A DNA stretch of 64,000 nt from Octopus sinensis (taxonomy: Eukaryota): positions 42,904,001 to 42,968,000 of the forward strand of contig NC_043009.1 of the NCBI RefSeq assembly GCF_006345805.1. Direction: 5' to 3'. The notes under the pieces are model-generated. The model was not told where the DNA came from. It did no database searches and saw only the letters and a program-made list of their open reading frames with translations. Shown here in pieces: positions 38,290 through 51,065 of this stretch (the stretch's first letter is position 1; each line of letters starts with the position of its first letter). The position numbers and the translations under genes were made by a program.

Positions 38290-38645
38290 TAGGCTATGAG
38301 GCCCCAAATTGCTTACCAACCACAGGGTCTTTTACTATAGCTTTGGCCCAACCAAAGCCTTGTGGGTGGATTTGGTTGGAAGAAACTGAAAGAAGCTCGT
38401 CATATATATCTATATATATGTGTGTGTGTGTAAGTTTGTGTGTCTGTATTTGTCCCCCTTGCATTGCTTCACAACCGATGCTGGTGTGTTTATGTCCCCT
38501 TCACTTAGCGATTCACCAAAAGAGACCGATAGAATAAGTACTGGGCTTACAAAGGATAAGTCCCTGGGTCGATTTGCTCGACTAAAGGCGGTGCTCCAGC
38601 ATGGCCACATTCAAATAACTGAAACAAGTAAAAGAGTAAAAGAGT
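38290..38645 (+). mobile_element. SINE family A, 5'-degraded
   Basis: Match to the family A body and tail. Confidence 0.85.
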
Positions 38646-38669
38646 ATATATATATATATATATATACCA

Positions 38670-38898
38670 ATATATATATTTCTTTACTACCCACAAGGGG
38701 CTAAACACACAGAGAGGACAAACAAGGACAGACAAACGGATTAAATCGATTACCTCGACCCCAGTGCGTAACTGATACTTAATTTATCGACCCCGAAAGG
38801 ATGAATGGCAAAGTCGACCTTGGCGGAATTTGAACCCAGAGCGTAACGGCAGACGAAATACGGCTACGCATTTCGCCCGGCGTGCTAACGATTCTGCC
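38670..38898 (-). mobile_element. SINE family B, young subfamily
   Basis: Shares the tgtttagccccttgtgggtagtaaagaaata tail with 12430 and 42769. Confidence 0.9.
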
Positions 38899-39076
38899 AT
38901 ATATACACACACATTCATGCACAAGCGTTTACACAGACACACGGCTAAATGTACAGAGTAAAAGAGAAAGCGATGCGGATATTTTAGATAACAGCATACA
39001 TACAGACTGTATCATCTGTATGTGACTATACTACTAAGCAGATGTAAAATCTCATATATATATATATGTATACATG

Positions 39077-39151
<75 letters not shown>

Positions 39152-39899
39152 ATGCTACTCATGCCCAGTGTTTCTGCGCTCCAGATGTAAATATATATCT
39201 ATCCCTATATATATATGCACACACACACACACACATGTATACACAAATACTCTCTCTCTCTCCCAAACACACATACACACACACATATATATATATATCT
39301 TATATATGTCATCATACTTAAACTCTGCATGCACTCAAAATGAAAGTGGATATCAAGGGAAGCCAAAAGCACCGCTAAGAATTCTACAAGACTATTTGAA
39401 GAACCTTACATAATTTAACATTTGTCTCGGTTATTTGTGAATGTCAGAAAAAGATCCTGTTATTTCTATAATACATTAGTTGTATTGGGAATAGCTGTGG
39501 GAATATTTGTGTTACTAGAAAACACAGCTTATTATATTTCACATGCTCCACTCTAGGATTTCTCTTTTTGATCTATTATATTTCTTATTAATTATCAGCA
39601 AAATCCATTAATTTCCAAACGGTAAAGCAATTAGTAGGGTTTTTTTTTTGTTTATTTGTTTTTACATTAAATGGTTCTTTTTTTTATTTCTTACATTTTT
39701 GTTTTGCAATTTTATTTACTCCTTAGTTCAGTAAAACTGTAAAGTTGAGACAAAAATTATGTAACAATATCTTACATTAAGCTTTCGCTTATTTGGGAAT
39801 TTACAATATTGGTCAAAATATATATATATATATATGTGTGTGTGTGACTGTGTGTGTAAATTTGTGTGTGTAGTACCCTGTCTAATTCATTATATTCTA

Positions 39900-40500
39900 A
39901 ATATTTGCAAGCTTGGGTTCGGTGCAATACTCTTGTCTCACTTTCTCTATATTACTATTCTTAATTAATTTTCCTCTTTTCATGCTGTCTTGGCATATTT
40001 TTCTAATCCAAATCTCATATAAATTTGTCTGGTAACCCCCATGCACTATCTGCAGCAGTGTTGCTAGTTGTTCATTATCTGCAGTGTACAACATGAGATT
40101 GTCCAGAAGCAAAAAAAATAGTTGTGTTACTTTTAGCATTTGCATTTAATTCTAGTCTTTTTCAACATGGGAGTTAGAGGTGCCAGTTCCAGGTAGAAAA
40201 GGAGTGGAGAGATGGCATCTATTTGAGTTATTCCATGTCTAATAGTGATAGGTTTCATTTTTATAATTCTCTTATTTAGTTTTGTATCTTTAAAATTGTT
40301 TACCATTAACACATGATAGACTTTATTTATCTTCATGTTACTGGTACTATGCTATCCATGCTCAGTGTTTCTGGGTTCCAGATGAAAGGAATTCTGTCAA
40401 AAGTCTTTGGGTAAGCAATCCTTGCCATGTTCTTTGAGTAAGCAATCCTTGCTTTCTGCAGTTGTCATGACTCTACTGATCAGTTATGGATCTTTACATC
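39900..40500 (-). pseudogene. Degenerate reverse transcriptase of a non-LTR retrotransposon (R4/Dong-like)
   Basis: Frameshifted motifs: MARIAYPKTFDRIPFIW (~MAWIDY.KAFD.VPH.W), IRHGITQIDAISPLLF (~RGIFQGD.LSPLLF), LLDNLMLY (~YMDDLKLY), KRGKL. Confidence 0.85.
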
Positions 40501-40941
40501 GATATATGGCTTCTCACAATGTATTTCTGCTTTTCTGAAAACTGAAGGTTTTTTTTTATCCGATGCTTATTGCCTCCCTATTATATTATTGCAGCCATGA
40601 CATTGTAGGTTATAGCAAGATACACCACTATCATCATCCTCATCCTCATCATCATCCTCATTATCCTTCTTCTACTCCTACTCCTCCTCTTCCTCCTCCT
40701 CCACCTCATCATCATCACAGTAATCTTTATCAGTGTTGTTGTCATCATTATCCTCGTTTTCATTAACAGTGGTAGCATCATCATCATCTTTGTCATCATC
40801 ATTGTCGTCATCGTCGCTGTCATTGTCATCGTAGCCATCATTATTGTCATCGTCATCACAGCAATCTTTATTTTTGTTGTTGTCATCATTATACTCGTCT
40901 TCATGAACAGAGACAGCATTATCATCACCATTGTCACCATC

Positions 40942-41068
40942 ATCATCATCATCATTTAGCATCCGCTTTCCATGCTAGCATGGGTTGGACGGTTCAACTG
41001 GGGTCTGGGAAGTCAGAAGGCTGCACCAGGCCCAGTCTGATCTGGCAGTGTTTCTACAGCTGGATGCC
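40942..41068 (-). mobile_element. SINE-like family C 3' part
   Basis: catttagcatccgctttccatgctagcatgggttggacgg ... ctggatgcccttcct. Confidence 0.85.
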
Positions 41069-41505
41069 CTTCCTATCCCATCATAATCCCATTTTCATCA
41101 TCATCATTGTCGATGTCATCATCGTCATCGTCGTCATCATCATCATCATCATCATCATCATCAATACCAACAGCACCAGCTGTTTTCTTTTTCCTTTTTT
41201 TTTTGTTGCTGATGTTCATGTTATTTCCTTCTATTCGTTCCCCTCAATCTAGCCAAAGTTTTTATTAAGGCTATGTGTATATAAATACACACAGACACAC
41301 ACACGCACGCACGCAAGCACGCACGCACACGCACACACATACACACACATACACACATGTCGATGTAAAGCACATTCCAGCAGTAGTATTGTGTTTCTTG
41401 ATAAGTTAATGTTTGAATGCTGAATGGTAAAGCAATGATTTAAGAAAGTAAGCAAACATTAATTTTATATGTGTATGTGTGTATGTATTTAAAGATGTAT
41501 AAATA

Positions 41506-41545
<40 letters not shown>

Positions 41546-41586
41546 GTATACATATATATGGGTATATATATATATATATACATATA

Positions 41587-41630
<44 letters not shown>

Positions 41631-41850
41631 CACACATATATACATATATATACATACACATATATATTGGATATGTATCATATATTTACATTTACATATA
41701 CATGTGTATGTATGTGTGTGTGTAATATATATATATATATATAAATTGAATTTACATATTTATGAATGTGTTTGTGTGTGTGTGTGTGTGCACACGTGTG
41801 TGTGTGTTATACATTATCTGTGAATTTATACATTGCATATACATATATAT

Positions 41851-41881
<31 letters not shown>

Positions 41882-42389
41882 CATATATATATACATATAT
41901 ATATATATACGCAAACACATATATGCATATAATACACACATCTACACATATATACATATATATTTACACACACATGCGAATGTATATATGTATACACACA
42001 CACGCGCACATGTGTGTGTGTGTGTGTAGGCATTCTTCTTTCTTTCAAAATTTCATGAACTTCCCCCCTTACATTAGCAATACCCAGATGTTGATGTTTG
42101 TTTGACAAACTTCCTTGTTTCGGTTCCGTTCATAGAAGCCCCACCTGGACCATTCTTCTTCTCTTGTAAATCTCTTGTTACTTGATCCACAGAAACAGAA
42201 AGCAAAAAAAAAAAAAAAAACTAATAAGAAACAAGAAAAGGAGAAACAACTCACATACTCACCAAGACCCTTGACGTCCCACGCCTGTGTTCTACTAACA
42301 TATTTTCCTCTTATTCTTCAAGTGGCCACCAAAGAGATGCATTTCGCGACACCCCACAAAGTATCTCCACCTTTCATAGCTTTGGTACA

Positions 42390-43060
42390 TCCTCTGCCTC
42401 ATGTTGTGTGTCTCAACGTAGTTGATCAGTTTTCATTCTTTATCAATTTGCAGAAGCCTCCAAGATATAATCTCTGTTATAGTCTGTTATTTCAGCATCA
42501 TAACAGTGCCCAGCAGAGTCTAATCTATTTTGAGTTACAAGCTTTATATTGTGACCCAATACAGTTGAGCAATTTTCATCTCCTATTAAGGCCTAGAAAT
42601 CTCCAAGATATAATCTCTGATATGGCTTGCTGTTCAGCATTAAGACAGTGGCCAGCAAAATCTACTCTGTTGAGCAACAAGCCTTATATTGAGTGTCTCA
42701 ATACAGTTGAGCAGTTTTCATCTTCTATTAAGGCACAGAAGTCTCCAAAATATAACCTCTGATATGTCCAGCGAGCTGGCAGAAACGTTAGCACGCCCAG
42801 TGAAACGTGTAGTCATATTTCGTCTGCCGCTACGTTCTGAGTTCAAATTCCGCCGAGGCTGACTTTGCCTTTCATCCTTTCGGGGGTCGATAAATTAAGT
42901 ACCAGTTACACACTGGGGTCGATATAATAGACTTAATCCGTTTTTCTGTCCTTGTTAGTCCTCTCTGTGTTTAGCCCCTTGTGGGTAGTAAAGAAATAGA
43001 TATGTCTTGTTCAGCTCTATAGCAGTGGCCAGGAAAATCTATTCTATGTTGAGCAACAAT
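42390..43060. repeat. Diverged tandem repeat, unit about 143 bp, 3-4 copies
   Basis: ctccaa(g/a)atataa(t/c)ctctg at about 42458, 42601 and 42743. Confidence 0.8.
42769..42998 (+). mobile_element. SINE family B, young copy with 8-bp TSD
   Basis: GATATGTC at 42761-42768 and 42999-43006. Confidence 0.9.
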
Positions 43061-43198
43061 AGAGTGACCGGTTGGTAATCTTGTGTTCAGGCAATGAAAT
43101 GTTTTGAGCTCTCATGAAAAGTTTGGTGATCTTAAAATTCCTCAGTAATAAAATGTAGCTTTGAAGATACATACATTTTATTATTAAAGTACTGAAGA

Positions 43199-43575
43199 AA
43201 GGCAGCAAGGTGGCAGAATCATTAGCATGCCAGGTGAAATGCTTAGCGGTGTTTCATCTGTCTTTATGTTCTGAGTTCAAATTCTGCTAAGGTCGACTTT
43301 ACCTTTCACTTTTTCGAGGTTGATAAATTAAGTACCAGTTGCATACTGGGGTTGACCTAATTGACTGGCCCCCTCCCCCAAAATTTTGGGCCTTGTGCTT
43401 AGAGTAGAAAAGAATCGTTAGTACATTAGCACACCAAATGAAATGCTTAGTGGTATTTCGTCTGTCCTTACATTCTGAGTTCAAATTCTGCCAGTCAACT
43501 TTGCCTTTCATCCTTTCAGGGTCAATGAAACAAGTAGCAGTCAAAATTTCAGGCCTTGTGCCTATAATAGAAAGG
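43199..43575 (+). mobile_element. Dimeric family B SINE with 19-bp TSD
   Basis: ATTATTAAAGTACTGAAGA at 43180-43198 and 43576-43594 flanks two head-to-tail family B units. Confidence 0.85.
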
Positions 43576-43794
43576 ATTATTAAAGTACTGAAGAACTCTT
43601 GAAAAGAGTACAGAAACAACAGAATATATTACTGAATCAATTTAACTTGGATTGTCATATTACCAAGACCCCTAAAATGGCATGGAACTGTAATGAAAGT
43701 ATTAATTCTTTCCTCTTAGCATACTAGCATTGGTTTCCGGTATTTCTGTTGTCAAGAAGTGTTTAACCTCAATACAAGGGATTTCAAGTTATAC

Positions 43795-44155
43795 CAGCCC
43801 CGTCTGGCACCTGTGCCGGTGGCACGTAAAAAGCACCCACTACACTTACGGAGGGGTTGGCGTTAGGAAGGGCATCCAGCCGTAGAAACATTACCTGATC
43901 AGACTGGGCCTGGTGCAGCCTTCTGGCTCCCCAGACCCCAGTTGAACCGTCTGGCACTTGTGCTGGTGGCACGTAAAAAGCACCCACTACACTCACGGAG
44001 TGGTTGGCGTTAGGAAGGGCATCCAGCCGTAGAAACATTGCCAGATCAGACTGGGCCTGGTGCAGCCTTCTGGCTCCCCAGACCCCAGTTGAACCGTCCA
44101 ACCCATGCTAGCATGGAAAGCGGATGCTAAATGATGATGATGATGATGATGATGA
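43795..44155 (+). mobile_element. SINE-like family C with a tandem duplication of about 148 bp
   Basis: ccgtctggcac...gaccccagttgaa occurs twice before the (GAT)n tail. Confidence 0.88.
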
Positions 44156-44433
44156 TTTCTTTTATTAGCTCAATAACTCTTGAGTACACTGGCCCTGTAT
44201 TACCAGAGTTCAATGACTGAAGTCCGTTAAAATACTGGAATAAAAGAATGATGGTCAGAACGTCTCTATAACAGACGAAAATAGTAAAAATAGTAACTAT
44301 GCTTAGAAGTAATGTTTATCACCATATCAATATGGCTATTCGATGTTACTAACGTTTTTAAACACAAGAAGAGTCTCTTCCAGCTGGTAATCAATGCAAT
44401 CTGCAAGCAGGGGAGCAAATATACATTGCAAGC

Positions 44434-44837
44434 AAGGCGCAGGAATGGCTGTGTGGTAAGTAGCTTGCTTACCAACAACGTGGTTCTGGGTTCATTCCCA
44501 CTGCATGACACCTTGGGCAAGAGTCTTCTACTATAGCCTCGGGCTGACCAAAGCCTTGTGAGTGGATTTGGTAGACAGAAACTGAAAGAAGCCCGTCGTA
44601 TATATGTATATATATATATGTGTGCGTATATGTTTGTGTGTCTGTGTTTGTCCCCCTAGCATTGCTTGACAACCAATGCTGGTGTGTTTATATCCTCGTA
44701 ACCCAGCAGTTTGGCAAAAGAGACCGATAGAATAAGTACTTGGCTTACAAAGAATAAGTCCTGGGGTTGATTTGTTCGACAAAAGGCGGTGCTCCAGCAT
44801 AGCCACAGTCAAATGACTGAAACAAGTAAAAGAGTAA
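44434..44837 (+). mobile_element. SINE family A
   Basis: Full-length match. Confidence 0.9.
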
Positions 44838-45059
44838 GCAAACGACTGCCATCTTCTAACAGATGACAGGAGCACTGGAACAAATGGTTTTGGACTGTTT
44901 GTGCCCCTCGTCAATAGTTGAACACCCAGCTGATAGAGATAGTAAGAATTTGCTCCAGCTTGCAATGAAGGTGGAAGATTTTGAGGTTTGTAGCATGGTG
45001 TGTTAGTAGGGATGAAGTTAGATTTAGGGGTGAAAATATTTAAGGATGATCGTTTCGCA

Positions 45060-45800
45060 CATTAGTGATAGGGAATTAGTGATGAATGGACGGATAGATG
45101 GATGGATGGATGGATGGATGGATTGATGGATGAATGGATGAATGAGTAATGGTGGCAGTGGTTTGTTGTTGTTGTTGGTGGTGATGGCAGTGGTAGCATT
45201 GGTGCTGATGGTACTAGTAGTAATGATGTTGGAGAGGGTTTTGGTGGTGGTGTCAGGGATGTGCTGCTGCTGGTAGTGCTGATGGTAGTGGTGGTAGTGA
45301 TGTTGGTGATGGTTGCATTGGCGATGGTGGTGGTGGTGGTGGTGGTGGATATGATAATGACATTAGTGCTGGAAGCATTGGTAATGGTGAGGACAGTAGC
45401 AGTGGTGATGGTTGTAGTGGTGTTGATGGCCATGACGACGGTGGTGGTGGTGGTGGTGGTGGTGGTTATGATGATTGTGACCGTAGCCATGGTGGAATTG
45501 ATAAGAGCAGTGGCAGTGGCAGCAGTGGTAATGGTATTGGTAGTAGAGATGATAATAGTGAACACCACTTGTGGTGGTAACAGCTACAACAGTTGTTGCA
45601 GTAGCAGATGTAGTTGCAGTGGTGGCTGTCATTGTGGTGGTGGTGGTGGTGTCCCTTTTCGTGGCGTGGATGTCAATGGTGTTGGCGTTAGAGTAAAACA
45701 GCGTTTGTAAGAAGTAAGACAACGATGATAGCAGCCATTTTAATTTCAGTGAGTCTTGAGATTTTTGTTGTAGTTGTTGTTGTTGTTGTTGTTGTTCTTT
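45060..45800. repeat. (GATG)n/(GGT)n/(GTT)n low-complexity block
   Basis: Read directly. Confidence 0.9.
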
Positions 45801-46833
45801 TTCTTTTTTGCTCAACAAATGATATTTGTCTAGAATACACTTTCTTCTAATTACAACTTTGGTTTCATGAATACATAGTCGCTAATGTCTATTTGTGTGT
45901 GGGTATGTGCATATTTGTTAATATATGTTAGGATAAGCATGTTTGCTTGTGTATGAATAAATCAGTGTGTACTAATCTTATGTGTGTATGTGCAAGCTTG
46001 TTTGTGCATGCGCATATGGGTGGATGTGCTTGTTAGTTTATATGTTTGTGTGTGCATGTGTGCATATTTGTTAGTATATGTTAGTATATGCATGTACTTG
46101 TGTTGGTGTGTGTTCATATCTTATCTTATTTTAAAAGATTTCCTCTTTCATTTTCTTGCCTTTTCGTTTTCTTTTTGTTGCATTCGTTCTGTGGAAATGG
46201 TAGATATGTTTGTTGTAAAAATTAATGAAGTGGGAAATCTTTGTTTGTTTGTTATCCAAGAATTCCATTGATCTTGAGAAACACTGGCAGATAGTAAAAT
46301 TTTAAAGACTGCCGACTTATTCTTATCAAAAATCTCTTTTGAGAACTTTAAGCAGTATGTTCCAAAACTGTAAAAGCCAGTAAGAATGTTTGTAAAAACA
46401 AATTGACGAGCAATTTAGAAACATAAAATAGAATTTTTATTAAATTATTCCAAACTACTAATCAGCAACAAAAAAAAGAAAAGAAGAAAGAAAGAAAGAA
46501 ATTATTGAAAATAATTGACCAAACTTCAGTTCTTTTAAATAAACCACATTTTCTAACCCACCTCCCTTCTTCATCCACTCTATCCCTCTACCATAAGTTC
46601 ACATCATTTGTAGAGCATTAGCTCTGTTTCACAAGAGATTTCAGTTTTATTAATTTTGGTTTTTCTTTTTATTAATCCTTTAATTAGTTTGACAACAAGC
46701 ACATAAATAAGTTATATTGAGCTGCCAATAGGAGTTCAATCCTATTTCAAGTTCTTGACATTGTTTATATTTGTATTTTGTAAATAAATAATACTCACTC
46801 AAAAAAAATTAAATAATAATAATAATAATAATA

Positions 46834-46880
<47 letters not shown>

Positions 46881-47377
46881 TCAAAGCTGAAACAAAGCAA
46901 AACAAAAACAAACAAAAATAAAACAAGGAAAGAACGATGGAGCCCCTTCTTTCACTGCCTTTTTCTGGATCTTTCTGTTTCCTTTCCTGGATCTGCTTAT
47001 GGATTATTTTATTTATGGATCGATCTATTTTCTTTTCTAGATTTTTCTGTCTACCATTTATGCAGTGAAGAACAGTGCGTTTGGTAACAGCTTTCTTCTG
47101 AGCCAATCACTGTTTTACAGTGACAAAAAAAGAGCATAGCAGTGTAAGTGCACCTCTTGAGAAAATGTCATGGTTTTCTAACAAGTATACACAAGAATAA
47201 GATACATGATGTATATATATATATATATACGTACATGCATTCATATATACAAAACACATATGCATATATATCACTTCCTCTCCCTTTCCCTCTCTTTCAC
47301 TTTTTCTCTGTATGTATGTATGAATCTATATATGGATGTATGTGTATATATATATATACACATAGATAGATATTTAA

Positions 47378-47448
<71 letters not shown>

Positions 47449-47576
47449 CATAGATATACAGGGTACAGTGAATACAGTGTCAGCTAAATTACGCAAAAAG
47501 AATATAAGTGTCATCTCATTTTGGAAAACACTTACCAAAATTACATAAAAATATCTTGAAATACAAAACAGTAAAT

Positions 47577-48323
47577 TTATTCAATAAAATGACCATTGGC
47601 TTCTACCACGGCCTCCAGACGACTTCATAATCCCCTGCAATTATTCTGGATAGTCTTCTTGTTTAAGTTGGTATTTCCATGTATTTTTCAATTTATGGTA
47701 CCAACACATTCGATCAGCTCAGAACAACCATTGCTTGTGGTAGCTCCCCATACCATTACAGAGATACCGCCATGTTTCACAGTTGGTTGGAGTCGTTTCA
47801 AATCAAATTCTTGATTGGGAAGTCTCCAGACCCAAACACGTCCACTGTCTCTGAAAATAATGCAAATCTAGATTCATCTGAGAAAATCCCGCTATCCCAA
47901 AATGAACTGGATTTTTCTGACATCTCCTTAGCCCATTTCTTTCTTTTCATGATATTAATTGGTTGAAGGAGAGGTTTTCTTCTAGCTGCTCGTCCTTAAT
48001 ACCAAAGCTTATGCAGATATGTAACATTTTCTTGGACTAACTTCTAGCTGTTTTGCAATGTCAAAATCCTTTGAACAGGGTTCGTTTTAAACAATTTTCT
48101 TCAGACAACAAAGCTTCCTTTCCTAGGGCCCAGGTTGGCTGGGACAAGAATCTGTTGATTCTTTTCCTTGGCTTTTGAATTACACCATAATTCTATTAAC
48201 AGTAGCAAGAGGAATTTGAAGATTTTTGGAAATTTTTCGCTGCCTAAGACCAGCCTCAGATTGCCCAATAATACAACCTCTTTGAAAATCTGACAGTTCT
48301 GTTGAATTTTTTGTGAGTGGCAT
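47577..48323 (-). pseudogene. Internally deleted Tc1-like transposase
   Basis: MPLTKNSTELSDFQRGCIIGQSEAGL.QRKISKNLQIPLATVNRI...; [34 protein letters not shown]; joined to C-terminal RLEAVVEANGHFIE*. Stops and frameshifts; the second D-to-E region is absent. Confidence 0.85.
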
Positions 48324-48626
48324 GGTTACTCTCTGCAAATGTTTAATATAATGGCACCTGGAATGATAAAGAATAATTACATTGTAAATTCTATACCACT
48401 GAAAACATATTAAGATGTTTAGATCAGAAATTTTGAATATTAAAGGTGTCTATTTACTTCCTGCATGTCTGTGTATATATATGATATTTACCACTTGAAG
48501 TATGATGAAAAAATATGAGAAAGATATGGTATATAATTTTTTTTGAGCAGGGGTTTCTTGTGACATGTAATTTATTTTAAGGGTTTAATGGCTGAAACTG
48601 GTCTAATGACTGAAACATGTAAACAA

Positions 48627-49009
48627 TCTCAATATATATAAAGCTGAAGTTGTCTGTGTATGGCAGGTTTGGTAGCCTTCAACTAACACTAACTGCGGTG
48701 CAAGTTGACCAAACTTGAAAGTATGATAAAAGAAGGCTTGCTCTTCCTTCCATAGGAGAAAAAATTCAAATCAGACCATGTTAACACCAAAAATTATTTA
48801 CATCAAAAAGGTGCTTTTTTTTCTATGAAAATCCCTATTTTTTACAATTTTTTTACTGCTGTGTCGCCATTTTTCGGTGTATTTCAACCAGAAAAATGTT
48901 CACTTAAAGAGAATAACAAGCTACATAATGCAAAATTTTTACTTTTCAAAAATTCCAATTCTAAAGTGTTGAAAAGAAAAGCCCGAGCAACGCTGGGTTA
49001 TACTGCTAG
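48627..49009 (+). mobile_element. Non-autonomous Helitron
   Basis: A|TC 5' end (tctcaatatatataaag); subterminal hairpin CCCGAGC-aac-GCTGGG near 48982-48997; CTAG|T 3' end. Confidence 0.85.
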
Positions 49010-49337
49010 TAAAAGATAAAGATGGCTTCATCCCATGGGAGAACTCATGCTTAATCAGGAAGGTTTCCACTGTACTGTCATCAATGTGTTGTAAAGCATA
49101 CAGTCCATGATAACAACAATGTCCCTTTATCCTAGAAAGCCTTTACCATTTTTTTGTTCCATTATCAGACTCAGAAAATAAATAAGAAATACCAGGGAAA
49201 TTTATTGGCATCGATGTATTGAGGGAGAAGGTGGGCCTAAGAGGAATTATATGCAGTGTGCAAGAGAGGGAGATTCTGTGTGTTTGGTAATGTGATGTGG
49301 ATGAATGAGAACAGTTGCATAAAGAGGTGTTGATCAC

Positions 49338-49560
49338 TTAACCTTTGGTATTCGGATTACTCTGTCCAATGTAATGCTTATGTATTCACCTTGTTTTGAA
49401 TTAATCATGTATTAATCATGAGAGATTTCGATTATTGGATTGTTTATTTTTAGAATGACATTGTAGGGTAGGTGTGAGAGGCTGGATTTGGCCAGTGTGA
49501 ACATAAAATACATAGGACATTTTGGCTAGATATGGCCAGTTTCGATGCAAATGAATTAAA
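49338..49560. mobile_element. piggyBac-like MITE (TTAA-CCCTTTAGCAT type), degraded
   Basis: Homologous to 51283-51495 and 51530-51732; the last copy ends atgctaaagggTTAA. Confidence 0.7.
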
Positions 49561-49763
49561 CTAAATATTTTATATAACTTATATTGATAGTTACAGGAGT
49601 GGCTGTGTGATAAGTAGCTTGCTTACCAACCACATGGGTCTGGGTTCAGTCACACTGCATGGCACCTTGGTCAAGTGTCTTCTACTATAGCCTCAGGCTT
49701 ACCAAAGCCTTGTGAGTGTATTTAGCAGACAGAAACTGAAAGAAGCCTGTCGTATATATATAA

Positions 49764-49798
<35 letters not shown>

Positions 49799-49988
49799 AC
49801 ATTATATATAAGGGCTTAGTAAAATAAATTACTTTGCCACATACTGAACTCATTAGAAATAGCAGCTAAAGAAATTTCTTCAGCTATTTCTAATACTTAA
49901 AGAAGATCTCTCTCAGATAGTGTTTGCCTAAACTAACTCACAAAAGTATGGGGGAAAAAACATTAAAAAATCAAGTGCAAAGGTTATT

Positions 49989-50040
49989 TGAGAACGTACG
50001 TTTCTAGATTAGTCAATTCGACATTTCTTTCTTCAGCTCA
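49989..50040 (-). ncRNA. Type-I hammerhead ribozyme motif (left arm)
   Basis: Reverse complement of 50672-50723. Confidence 0.7.
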
Positions 50041-50671
50041 GAATTCCTTGAATCGGATTTGGGAACACTGAAAGTCGGGAGCATACCCTTTCGGCTTCTA
50101 ATCACCTCTAGAATTCTGCTCGAACTAAAAGTGCTATCAAATTCGAATATGCAAGCGAAGAATTTCTGCTCTCCCCTTTCCACCAGCGTGGGTTAAAATT
50201 GACAAACACCATGTATTAACGGTGAAAACCGCAGAATTTAGCAGAGAGAGATGAATTATAATTTCAACAATTGAGGGTAAAATTAATTAATTATTAATCA
50301 ATTTCACCAAGTATGTGGCAAAGTAATTTATTTTACTAAGCCCTTATATATAATGTAATATTTTGAATTCGCCTATAATGGTCCCTTTACATACTGAATA
50401 CTTGGTGAAATTGATTAATAATTAATTAATTTTACCCTCAATTGTTGAAATTATAATTCATCTCTCTCTGCTAAATTCTGCGGTTTTCACCGTTAATACA
50501 TGGTGTTTGTCAATTTTAACCCACGCTGGTGGAAAGGGGAGAGCAGAAATTCTTCGCTTGCATATTCGAATTTGATAGCACTTTTAGTTCGAGCAGAATT
50601 CTAGAGGTGATTAGAAGCCGAAAGGGTATGCTCCCGACTTTCAGTGTTCCCAAATCCGATTCAAGGAATTC

Positions 50672-50723
50672 TGAGCTGAAGAAAGAAATGTCGAATTGAC
50701 TAATCTAGAAACGTACGTTCTCA
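50672..50723 (+). ncRNA. Type-I hammerhead ribozyme motif
   Basis: TGAG-CTGAAGA-[A AGA aat GTC gaatt GAC taa TCT A]-GAAAC-GTAC-GTT/CTCA; 10-nt palindrome AACGTACGTT over stem III; stem II imperfect. Confidence 0.7.
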
Positions 50724-51004
50724 AATAACCTTTGCACTTGATTTTTTAATGTTTTTTCCCCCATACTTTTGTGAGTTAGTTTAGGCAAACACTATCTGAG
50801 AGAGATCTTCTTTAAGTATTAGAAATAGCTGAAGAAATTTCTTTAGCTGCTATTTCTAATGAGTTCAGTATGTGGCAAAGTAATTTATTTTACTAAGCCC
50901 TTATATATAATGTAATATTTTGAATTCGCCTATAATGGTCCCTTTACATACTGAATACTTGGTGAAATTGATTAATAATTAATTAATTTTACCCTCAATT
51001 GTTG

Positions 51005-51065
<61 letters not shown>

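Larger units (their letters stand above)
49799..51012. mobile_element. Penelope-like or retrozyme-like element: 516-bp inverted arms plus a 557-bp-period direct repeat
   Basis: 49799-50314 is the reverse complement of 50398-50913 (no mismatch found in spot checks); 50311-50455 repeats at 50868-51012; no long ORF. Confidence 0.85.

Noticed and set aside
42096-42115. MNGTE start resembling rhodopsin
   Set aside because: A five-residue coincidence; the downstream sequence has no opsin features.
44863-44941. Plus-strand exon candidate MTGALEQMVLDCLCP...; similar weak candidates at 63287-63374 and about 59450-59545
   Set aside because: Splice-like signals arise often by chance in AT-rich DNA, and these cannot be joined into a recognisable protein.
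47066-47143. 78-nt plus-strand exon candidate with strong AG and GTAAGT sites
   Set aside because: All three frames contain stops; at most a non-coding exon, with no support.
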